Position numbers and translations under genes: made by a program
IMG/VR virus record: IMGVR_UViG_3300043409_000503
Span: 1-54,928 of that record
Length of the DNA: 54,928 nt
Reading direction: 5' to 3' (one strand)
Source: a virus
Lineage: Duplodnaviria; Caudoviricetes
The notes under the pieces: generated by a model
Told to the model about the DNA's origin: nothing
The model's database searches: none
What the model saw: only the letters and a program-made list of their open reading frames with translations
Shown here: positions 34,530-42,407 of the stretch, in pieces
Numbering within the stretch: the first letter of the stretch is position 1
Layout: each line of letters begins with the position of its first letter

Positions 34530-35675
34530 ATGGCACAAACAATCGTATCAGGCGTTCAATACTCAGGCATCTGGAGCCTCGCGGGTCAAGCGAACGCTGT
34601 GGCGTTGGGGACGTGGACGGGGTTCCCTCAGTTATACACTTGGGGCGCGGGTGGTTTTGGCGCTTTAGGCCTTGGGAATTTAACTAACTATTCGTCTCCT
34701 AAACAAGTTGGGTTACTAACTAATTGGAAAAGTCTATCTGGTGGAAGATTGCAAGCAATTGCAACTAAAACTGACGGGACTCTTTGGGCTTGGGGATTTA
34801 ACGCTACAGGTCAATTAGGCTTAGGCGATACAACAACTAGATCATCCCCTGCCCAAGTTGGGTTACTAACTAATTGGTTAAATATTGCTGGTGGCTTTTA
34901 TAACACAGCCGCAACAACAACTAATGGCACTTTATATGCTTGGGGTGATAACACAAGAGGTCAATTGGGATTAGGCAACATAACTTCTTATTCATCCCCT
35001 AAACAAGTTGGAGCTTTAACTAATTGGCTTGAAATATCTGGTGGGTATAAAATTTTTGTTGCCATTAAAACTAATGGAACTTTGTGGAGTTGGGGGGCTA
35101 ATGCTTACGGACAACTAGGCTTAGGTGATGTAATTGACAGATCATCTCCAGTCCAAGTAGGTGCTTTGACTAATTGGTTAAAAGTTTCAGCAAAATATTT
35201 TTCTTGCGTAGCAATTAAAACAGACGGAACTCTTTGGTCATGGGGAATAAACACTGCTGGAGTATTGGGGTTAGGGGATACTACAAATAGATCATCTCCA
35301 GTACAAGTTGGCGCATTAACTACTTGGTCTAGCATATCAAGCAGTGGATTTTGCTCTGCAATTAAAACTGACGGAACATTATGGGTTTGGGGGAGTAATG
35401 GTTCTGGGCAATTAGGTTTAGGCGACACAACTGCTCGTTCATCTCCTGTTCAAGTTGGGTCGTTAACAAATTGGTCAAAAACATTTAATGCTTTAGAAAG
35501 TATTACATCTATTAAAACTGATGGAACTTTATGGGGATGGGGGCTAAACAATGTTGGCCAACTTGGTTTAGGAAGTGTAACTAATTATTCTTCACCTAAA
35601 CAAGTTGGTAATTTAACTTCATGGCTAAACATTGCTAACACTTATAACACTGGCATGGCTATAAAAACATCATGA
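34530..35675 (+). CDS. RCC1/BLIP-II repeat beta-propeller protein B' (7 repeats)
   Basis: Seven repeats; SGVQYSGIW...GTWTGFPQ leader as in protein B. Confidence 0.93.
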   Translation: MAQTIVSGVQYSGIWSLAGQANAVALGTWTGFPQLYTWGAGGFGALGLGNLTNYSSPKQVGLLTNWKSLSGGRLQAIATKTDGTLWAWGFNATGQLGLGDTTTRSSPAQVGLLTNWLNIAGGFYNTAATTTNGTLYAWGDNTRGQLGLGNITSYSSPKQVGALTNWLEISGGYKIFVAIKTNGTLWSWGANAYGQLGLGDVIDRSSPVQVGALTNWLKVSAKYFSCVAIKTDGTLWSWGINTAGVLGLGDTTNRSSPVQVGALTTWSSISSSGFCSAIKTDGTLWVWGSNGSGQLGLGDTTARSSPVQVGSLTNWSKTFNALESITSIKTDGTLWGWGLNNVGQLGLGSVTNYSSPKQVGNLTSWLNIANTYNTGMAIKTS

Positions 35676-35713
35676 ACAAAACACTCCACTTCCTCTTTGG
35701 CATCGCAAGTTAA
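35672..35713 (+). pseudogene. Truncated duplicate of sulfotransferase 5' end (MNKTLHFLFGIAS*)
   Basis: Matches MKKTLHFLSGI of 31639 with the same ATGA overlap; ends in the 13-bp repeat. Confidence 0.85.
35701..35713 (+). repeat. 13-bp direct repeat CATCGCAAGTTAA, right copy
   Basis: Exact copy of 29318-29330. Confidence 0.85.
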
Positions 35714-35741
35714 AATTACATTTTTTCACAAGGAGTCATAA

Positions 35742-36134
35742 ATGACACATTACGTTCAAGTAGTCGGAAACGAAGTTAAGCAGGTCTGGGACACCCCTCC
35801 CGCAGAAGGCGTAGGCAACAACGGCTGGAAGAATGCTGTTGAGGTGCGTCCTGCTATTACTGCTCACCGTCAAGGCTACACAGCCCACCGGTTTGATCTG
35901 GCGACGGATCCAGTCCAAATTATCTGGGACACCTACAACATCCCAGTTGCAGACCGCAAGGCAGGCATGATTGCTAACGCGAACATGGGCTTCCAGATGG
36001 AGATGCAACGTCAGGCGATGAACCCAGCTAATTATGACCCAGCAGCACTGGCCGCAGCACAGGCAGCTATTGCCCCAAAGGTTGCCGCTATTAACGCTGC
36101 AACAACGCATGACGATCTAGACGCACTGCTGTGA
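35742..36134 (+). CDS. Putative tail fibre assembly/chaperone-like protein
   Basis: AAGGAG RBS; C-terminal INAATTHDDLDAL resembles fibre chaperone ends. Confidence 0.55.
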   Translation: MTHYVQVVGNEVKQVWDTPPAEGVGNNGWKNAVEVRPAITAHRQGYTAHRFDLATDPVQIIWDTYNIPVADRKAGMIANANMGFQMEMQRQAMNPANYDPAALAAAQAAIAPKVAAINAATTHDDLDALL

Positions 36135-36562
36135 AGGTTCTGATCTGCGGACTGCCGGGGTCTGGTAAGACTACCCTAGCAGAAGCGTTAGCAAGGGAGC
36201 TTCAGTGCGTCCACTTTAACGCTGACGAGGTTCGTAAGGAGATCAACAAGGATCTCGGCTTCAGCGTTGAGGATAGGATTGAGCAGGCTAGGCGCATGGG
36301 GATACTGTGCGACATAGCAAGTCGGTGGGGGTCGGTGGTACTTGCAGACTTTGTATGTCCTACGCCGGAGACAAGGGAAGCCTTTGGTGCCGACTTCACG
36401 ATCTGGGTAGACCGGATCAAAGAGGGCAGGTTTGAGGATACGAACAAGCTGTTTGTTCCGCCGGAGCATTACGATGTGCGGATTACGGGTAAGTTTGATT
36501 CCTGTTTCCCTAGCCACCACGCAGACGACTTAGCGGCACGGATTAAGAAGATGCTGAAGTGA
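36131..36562 (+). CDS. cysC: Adenylylsulfate (APS) kinase-like protein
   Basis: GLPGSGKTT, ADEVR...DLGFSVEDRIEQARR. Confidence 0.8.
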   Translation: MKVLICGLPGSGKTTLAEALARELQCVHFNADEVRKEINKDLGFSVEDRIEQARRMGILCDIASRWGSVVLADFVCPTPETREAFGADFTIWVDRIKEGRFEDTNKLFVPPEHYDVRITGKFDSCFPSHHADDLAARIKKMLK

Positions 36563-36951
36563 TTGTCTTTACTAACGGCTGCTTTGATGTGCTTCACAGA
36601 GGCCACGTAGAGTACCTAGAGGCGTCCAAAAGGCTTGGGACAAGGTTAGTTATAGGTTTAAACTCAGACGCGTCTGTGAGGCGTTTAAAGCCCGATAGGC
36701 CGATTAACAGCCAAGGGGATCGGCAGGCGGTATTGCTGGCCTTGCGTTGCGTGGATGAGGTACTGATTTTTGATGAGGACACGCCCTACCAGCTAATCCA
36801 AAGGGTTAGGCCGGACATTCTCACAAAGGGCGGGGATTACAGAATTCATCAGGTTGTAGGACATGACTTGGTAAAGCAGACGATTATTGTGCCGTTTTTG
36901 GACGGGCATTCTTCTACTAGGATTATCAATGCGCTTGCACGGAACGGTTGA
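36559..36951 (+). CDS. hldC: Heptose-1-phosphate nucleotidyltransferase (HldE domain II / RfaE2-like)
   Basis: FTNGCFDVLHRGH, GLNSDASVRRLK, KGGDY, FLDGHSST. Confidence 0.85.
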   Translation: MIVFTNGCFDVLHRGHVEYLEASKRLGTRLVIGLNSDASVRRLKPDRPINSQGDRQAVLLALRCVDEVLIFDEDTPYQLIQRVRPDILTKGGDYRIHQVVGHDLVKQTIIVPFLDGHSSTRIINALARNG

Positions 36952-37282
36952 GAAGGGCTGGGGGTCAGAGCTAATCTGGGCTACTAACGACAAGTATTGC
37001 GGCAAGCTGATGACGTTTAATGAAGGTGCTAAGTTCTCGATGCATTTTCATGCGGTAAAAGAAGAGACTTGGTTGGTGCAGAGCGGTGTCTTTAAGGTTA
37101 TTACAATTGACACAACAGATGCTTCCCGCGAAGAGGTTATTTTGGCTGCTGGGGATACATGGCATAACCCGCCCTTGGTGCCGCATCAATTGATCTGCAT
37201 TGGTGCTGGGGTAATCCTAGAGGTATCAACGGCTGATTCAGTAGAAGATAACTACCGAGTAGAGAAGGGCGATAGCCAATGA
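36929..37282 (+). CDS. Cupin-fold sugar isomerase-like protein
   Basis: KGWGSE...SMHFHAVKEETW...PHQL...EVST; ATG 36929. Confidence 0.8.
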   Translation: MRLHGTVEKGWGSELIWATNDKYCGKLMTFNEGAKFSMHFHAVKEETWLVQSGVFKVITIDTTDASREEVILAAGDTWHNPPLVPHQLICIGAGVILEVSTADSVEDNYRVEKGDSQ

Positions 37283-37986
37283 ATATTCTAGTAATCGGCG
37301 ACGCCTGCATTGACGAGTACCGCTACGGGGTAATTACACGGATGAACCCTGAGTCTGCTGCCCCGTTGATGAGTTATGACGACAGCGAGGAACGGCTTGG
37401 GATGGCGCTTAATGTTGCCCAGAACCTAAAGTCCTTGGGTGCAGATGTGACGTTATCGACTAGCGAGGATATGTCCCGCAAGATCAGATACATTAACCGC
37501 AGGACTGGTGAGCAGTTACTGCGGGTAGATATAGACGTAGAGGCAGTCCCTTACGAGTTTTCCTATGATTACGACGAGTACGATGCGATTGTGATCTCTG
37601 ACTATAACAAGGGGTTTGTCACTGACGAGACGGTTAAGGTCTTGCGTAAGGAGTTTTCTGGCCCGATCTACATGGATACCAAGAAGACTAACCTAGGGGA
37701 CTTCCCCGGCATTTATTTCAAGATTAATGAGCGTGAAGAGCTTGCCTGCACCTCAACAACTGAAACCGTCATTGTGACGTATGGCGCACTTGGCTGTAGC
37801 TACATGGGGCATCTTTACCCTGCTAAGGCGGTTGATGTGGTGGACGTATGCGGCGCTGGTGATGTATTCCTAGCGGCTATGGTTGTGAAGCACCTAGAGA
37901 CTGACGACATGGACGTAGCGCTTAACTTTGCTAACGAGAAGGCCGCTTTATCCTGCCAGAGCTTAGGGACGGTATGCGTATCCTAA
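37279..37986 (+). CDS. hldA: PfkB-family heptose-7-phosphate kinase-like (HldE domain I / RfaE1-like)
   Basis: ILVIGDACIDEY...RMNPESAAP, ISDYNKG, DVCGAGDVF. Confidence 0.8.
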   Translation: MNILVIGDACIDEYRYGVITRMNPESAAPLMSYDDSEERLGMALNVAQNLKSLGADVTLSTSEDMSRKIRYINRRTGEQLLRVDIDVEAVPYEFSYDYDEYDAIVISDYNKGFVTDETVKVLRKEFSGPIYMDTKKTNLGDFPGIYFKINEREELACTSTTETVIVTYGALGCSYMGHLYPAKAVDVVDVCGAGDVFLAAMVVKHLETDDMDVALNFANEKAALSCQSLGTVCVS

Positions 37987-38750
37987 TCACAGGACATAAG
38001 GGCTTTATTGGCCAGAACATGGTTAAGGCACTGTCTGACCATGAGCTAAGCCTGTGTGAATGGGGGGATAATTATTCCCTTTATGGGATAGATCAAGTTA
38101 TTCATTTGGGTGCGATCTCAGACACGCAGTGTACTGATTGGGATGCGCTAAGAAGGCAGAATGTTGAGTTTTCGCTAACCTTGATTGAGCGGTGCCAGCA
38201 AAAGCGGATACCTATCCAGGTTGCGTCCTCTGCGGCTGTTTACGGGGCAAGCAATACGACCTTCTGTGAGACGGATAAAACCGCACCAGGTAACATGTAC
38301 GCGCTATCTAAGGAGATGGTTGAGCAATATCTGGGTAAGATTGCCCCAGTAGCGCCGGTACAGATTTTTAGGTACTTTAACGTGTACGGCCCTCACGAGG
38401 ATCATAAGGGTGAGCAGGCGTCACCGTTCCATAAGTTTAGGGAGCAGGCTAAGACTGGAACGATTAAGATATTTGAGGGCAGTGAGAACTTTAAGCGGGA
38501 CTTTATTCATGTTGGACGCGTGATTGAAGTCCATAAGAAGTTCTTTGAAATTGACAAGTCAGGCATTTGGAACGTTGGCACTGGCAGAACGATGTCGTTT
38601 TTAGATGTTGCTAAATTAGCCCGCGCAGAGTTTGGTGCGGAGATAGAAACGGTTCCAATGCCAGACCTGCCGGGTTATCAAAAGTTTACTCAAGCTAATG
38701 TATTAAAACTTAACGAAGACGCCATATATGGATCCCCAATTTTTAATTAA
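37974..38750 (+). CDS. hldD: ADP-L-glycero-D-manno-heptose 6-epimerase-like
   Basis: TGHKGFIG, HLGAISDT, ASSAAVYG, YALSK, FRYFNVYGPHEDHKGEQAS. Confidence 0.85.
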   Translation: MRILITGHKGFIGQNMVKALSDHELSLCEWGDNYSLYGIDQVIHLGAISDTQCTDWDALRRQNVEFSLTLIERCQQKRIPIQVASSAAVYGASNTTFCETDKTAPGNMYALSKEMVEQYLGKIAPVAPVQIFRYFNVYGPHEDHKGEQASPFHKFREQAKTGTIKIFEGSENFKRDFIHVGRVIEVHKKFFEIDKSGIWNVGTGRTMSFLDVAKLARAEFGAEIETVPMPDLPGYQKFTQANVLKLNEDAIYGSPIFN

Positions 38751-38949
38751 TGTTGGCTTTGCCGCTGCCGGTTTCTTTGGGGGTTGGCTCATTAACAGCA
38801 TGACCCGTTCCATTACGCGGCTTGAAGATAAGATGTCTGATCTTCCTTTGCTTTATGTCAACAAGGATGATTACAAGTCAGACATTACTGACATGAAAAA
38901 TATGCTGAGTAAGATATTTGACAAACTTGATGGGAAGGCCGACAAGTGA
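38728..38949 (+). CDS. Small membrane protein (holin/antiholin-like)
   Basis: N-terminal TM helix plus coiled coil; lysis cluster. Confidence 0.6.
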   Translation: MDPQFLINVGFAAAGFFGGWLINSMTRSITRLEDKMSDLPLLYVNKDDYKSDITDMKNMLSKIFDKLDGKADK

Positions 38950-38952
38950 AAT

Positions 38953-39486
38953 ATGGATCCGATTACGATTGGGGCGGCCTTCGCAGTCGCAAAGGCGGCA
39001 GTTGCTGGCGTAAAAGAGGCAATCGCCCTCGGTAAAGAGGTGCAGGAGTGTTACCACGACATTAGTGCCTTCTTTACGGCGCAGGGTGAGATACAGGCCG
39101 CGGTAGTCCAGCAGGAGCATGATAAGAAGTTAGGTAAACCAGTACAAAAAGACGCTACTGCTGAGGCGTTAGACGCAATGTTTGCCAGTAGGCAGATGTT
39201 CAAAATGGAAGTTGAGCTGCGTGAGGCTCTGATATACGGCTCTGGTAACGAGTCTGGGTTGTATGAAGAGATGTGCCAGCGGCGGGATGCCATCATTCAA
39301 GAGCGCAGGGACGCAATAGAGGAAGAGGCTAGGCTGGAGCGTATGCGCCTGCGGGAGATTGAGCGCAGGAAAGAGCAGCGTATCCAAAGCATTCAAGAAT
39401 GGCTGGCGGTAGTGTTTGGCGTGTCAATCAGCAGCTTTATCATGTACGCGGTGTGGTGGATGTTCAAAAACGGGGGCAAAGATTAA
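38953..39486 (+). CDS. Coiled-coil membrane protein of lysis cluster
   Basis: MDPITIG start, coiled coil, C-terminal TM helix. Confidence 0.7.
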   Translation: MDPITIGAAFAVAKAAVAGVKEAIALGKEVQECYHDISAFFTAQGEIQAAVVQQEHDKKLGKPVQKDATAEALDAMFASRQMFKMEVELREALIYGSGNESGLYEEMCQRRDAIIQERRDAIEEEARLERMRLREIERRKEQRIQSIQEWLAVVFGVSISSFIMYAVWWMFKNGGKD

Positions 39487-40001
39487 TGCTGACTCTTCTT
39501 TCAACTTTAGTAAGCTTCTTAATGGGTGGCTTGCCTAAAATCCTTGATTTTTTTCAGGACCGTGCAGATAAAGGCCATGAGATTAAGTTAGCCCAGATGC
39601 AAACAGAGCGTGAGCTACAACTAGCTGCCGCGGGTTTTGCTGCTCAGGCTAAGATTGAAGAGATCAAATTAGATGAGATTAAGGTCCAATCTTCCGCAGA
39701 TACCCAGCAAGCCTTAATGGGTGCCCAGGAGGCAGAAATGCAGGCCATCTATGCTCACGACATGAGCCTGAACGAGGGGACTAGCCAATGGATGAAGAAC
39801 CTTCGTGCTGGTGTGCGCCCGATTATCACGTTCGGCTTCTTTTTCCTGTTAGTGGCAATTGACGTGGGTTTGTACATTCACGGCATTAACAATAATGTAT
39901 CTTTCAACGTTCTTGCCGACCAGCTATGGGATGATGAGACTCAGGCCTTGTTCGCTTCAATTATTGCCTTCCATTTTGGGGGCCGGGCGTTTGGCAAATG
40001 A
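39486..40001 (+). CDS. Putative holin (multi-TM)
   Basis: TAATG coupling; VRPIITFGFF, IIAFHFGGR; precedes lysozyme. Confidence 0.7.
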   Translation: MLTLLSTLVSFLMGGLPKILDFFQDRADKGHEIKLAQMQTERELQLAAAGFAAQAKIEEIKLDEIKVQSSADTQQALMGAQEAEMQAIYAHDMSLNEGTSQWMKNLRAGVRPIITFGFFFLLVAIDVGLYIHGINNNVSFNVLADQLWDDETQALFASIIAFHFGGRAFGK

Positions 40002-40477
40002 AAGTCAGCCAGCAATGCTTAGCAATGATTCGGCACCACGAGGGTACCAGGCTGCGGCCTTATCGGTGCCCCGCTCTTTTGTGGACATGCCTTGTTGGAC
40101 ACGTATGCGACCCGAACCACGCAAGGATCCCGTTAGAGCAGAGGAAGTCTCTGCCGATACCGGAGGGGTGGAACAGACAATTTACGGTACAAGAAGCTGA
40201 TGCGGTACTTGCTAAAGACCTTGAGAGGTTTATCCGAGGCGTATCCAAGTATTGCCCTGGTCCTATTACTCAAGGTCAGTTGGATGCACTGGTCAGCTTT
40301 AGCTTTAACCTTGGGTTAGGCACCCTCCAGCGGAGCACTTTACGGCAGAAGCATAACCGGGGTGACTACGAGGGTGCCGCAAAGGAATTTTTAAAGTTTA
40401 CGAAGGCAGGCGGCAAGGTTCTTAGGGGACTTGTCGCTAGACGAAGTGACGAGCGGTTCCAATATTTGGCCAAATAA
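39998..40477 (+). CDS. Endolysin, GH24 phage lysozyme
   Basis: E-x8-C-x5-T catalytic triad, QLDALVSFSFNLG, GLVARRSDE. Confidence 0.92.
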   Translation: MKVSQQCLAMIRHHEGTRLRPYRCPALLWTCLVGHVCDPNHARIPLEQRKSLPIPEGWNRQFTVQEADAVLAKDLERFIRGVSKYCPGPITQGQLDALVSFSFNLGLGTLQRSTLRQKHNRGDYEGAAKEFLKFTKAGGKVLRGLVARRSDERFQYLAK

Positions 40478-40485
40478 ATACACGT

Positions 40486-40514
40486 TTTACATAGTTGCAA
40501 CATGACCTTAAAAT
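40486..40514 (+). promoter_or_regulatory. Putative sigma70 promoter for second tail operon
   Basis: TTTACA-17 bp-TAAAAT in intergenic gap. Confidence 0.5.
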
Positions 40515-40548
40515 GGCCGTAAGTCTATGAAAGTTTAAGGAAAGTACC

Positions 40549-41184
40549 ATGACAGCCGCCGTTGTGATGACCTATGACAGCCTAGTGGCTGACGTGATCT
40601 CCTACCTGGAGCGGACTGATACCGCCACGGTAGATAAGATTCCTACTTTTATTATGTTAGCTGAGCAGGTAATTGCCAGCCAGATCAAGTTTCTAGGCAA
40701 CCTGACGGTCCAGGAAAGCCAGATGGTTGCTACGCAGTCGGTGATTGATAAGCCTGCTCGGTGGCACAAGACGGTCTCCATGAACGTCACCGTGGCCAAC
40801 AACCGGTACCCGGTCCTGTTGCGCAAGCCTGAGTACCTGCGGGAGTACTGGCCAAATCCTAGCGAGACGGAAGTCCCAAAGTTTTACTCTGACTACGATT
40901 ACACTCATTGGTTAGTGGCGCCGACGCCTGACCTTGACTATAACTTCGAGGTTATCTACTACGAGCGGGTTCAGCCTTTGAGCTCAAGTAACCAGGTTAA
41001 TTGGTTTACAACCTATGCTCCGCAGGCTTTGCTGTATGGAACGTTACTGCAGTCGATGCCGTTCTTGAAGAACGATGACCGGATGCCTATGTGGCAGGCT
41101 CAGTACGACCTTATTATCAACACTCTGAAGGCCGAGGATGCGATGCGCATAGCCGACCGTCAGGCCGTCGCATTGGACTCCTAA
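40549..41184 (+). CDS. Tail/adaptor protein
   Basis: IPTFIMLAE...APTPD...NWFTTYAPQALLYGTL. Confidence 0.75.
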   Translation: MTAAVVMTYDSLVADVISYLERTDTATVDKIPTFIMLAEQVIASQIKFLGNLTVQESQMVATQSVIDKPARWHKTVSMNVTVANNRYPVLLRKPEYLREYWPNPSETEVPKFYSDYDYTHWLVAPTPDLDYNFEVIYYERVQPLSSSNQVNWFTTYAPQALLYGTLLQSMPFLKNDDRMPMWQAQYDLIINTLKAEDAMRIADRQAVALDS

Positions 41185-41186
41185 CT

Positions 41187-42407
41187 ATGTCATATAACAG
41201 CCCCTTCACAGGAAACGTAGTCCAGCCCACGGACGTTTCTTACCGCGAGATCAACTTAACTGCAGATTTGCAGCTTGAGTGGCCAATTAACGGGACTACG
41301 ACTGGCGATGCTGCTGCGCGAATTATGGACGTTTTGCCGGACCAGGCGGGCTGGAAGTTGTTCATGCCCCCGGCGAATCAGACATCGGTAGGTAACGATG
41401 CAATGATCCGCAACATTGGCGCCTTCACATTTACGGTTGTGGATTTTGATGGAAACACAATTATTGCGGTAGACGCCGGTGAGGCAAAGTACATCTACAT
41501 TACTGATAATGCTGACGAGGCAGGCACCTGGGGCGTCTTAGAGTTTGGAGCCGGGACATCCTCTGCAGACTCGGCAACTTTGGCTGGGTATGGCTTAAAG
41601 GCAATCTCAACAACGCTAAACCAGTCCCATAACACGACCGCATTTTCCTCGAACTACACTGCTGTAGCGTCAGACCGTGCATCTTGCTACGTCTGGACTG
41701 GTGGCGCCGGCGTCTTAACCTTGCCTACTGCCGCCTCGCTTGGGAATGATTGGTTTATCCTGGTCCGTAATGGCGGCACGGGGTCTTTGTCTATTACCCC
41801 TACTACATCAAATATTAACGATGTGGCGTCGATTAGCTTACAGCCGGCTGATTCTTGCTTTGTGTGCTGCTCTGGAACCGCGTACTTTACGGTCGGCTTA
41901 GGTAAAGTCTCGCAGTTTAATTTCACGCAACTAACAAAGTTAGTGACAAGCGGCACCTATACCTTAACCTCCGCAGAGGCCGCTAACGTTGTCCAGAAGT
42001 ACATTGGCACGTTAACTGGGGCGGTGACTGTTGAAGTCCCGCAGACGGTGCAGGTTTACTACATTGCGAATCAGACGACCGATCCTGGGCCTTATAACAT
42101 TACCTTTACCACCGGCGTGCCTGGTGCGAATACGGCCATAGTGCCTGCCGGTAACCAAGTTATCCTGCTATGCGACTCCGTCAACATTTACAACGCGACT
42201 ACAATCAGCGCAGGTGCTAGTGTCTCCTCATTATCCGACGGCACGGTAGTTAACCCTTCGCTTAACTTTGCCTCTGAGGCAAATACCGGCATGTACCGGC
42301 CTGGCACTGGCGAGATTGGCTGGTCTATTCTTGGGGTGAATGAGATGACCTTAGCGGCTTCAGGCTTAACCGTTCCTAGCGGTATCTCCGGCGGTATCTT
42401 CACATGA
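41187..42407 (+). CDS. Tail fibre/spike-like virion protein
   Basis: ATG 41187; LTLPTAASLGNDW; C-terminal PSLNFASEANTGMYRPG. Confidence 0.75.
   Translation: MSYNSPFTGNVVQPTDVSYREINLTADLQLEWPINGTTTGDAAARIMDVLPDQAGWKLFMPPANQTSVGNDAMIRNIGAFTFTVVDFDGNTIIAVDAGEAKYIYITDNADEAGTWGVLEFGAGTSSADSATLAGYGLKAISTTLNQSHNTTAFSSNYTAVASDRASCYVWTGGAGVLTLPTAASLGNDWFILVRNGGTGSLSITPTTSNINDVASISLQPADSCFVCCSGTAYFTVGLGKVSQFNFTQLTKLVTSGTYTLTSAEAANVVQKYIGTLTGAVTVEVPQTVQVYYIANQTTDPGPYNITFTTGVPGANTAIVPAGNQVILLCDSVNIYNATTISAGASVSSLSDGTVVNPSLNFASEANTGMYRPGTGEIGWSILGVNEMTLAASGLTVPSGISGGIFT

Noticed and set aside
29342-35675. Diversity-generating retroelement acting on RCC1 repeats
   Set aside because: No reverse transcriptase ORF was recognised, no non-coding template repeat was seen, and differences between repeats are not confined to adenines.
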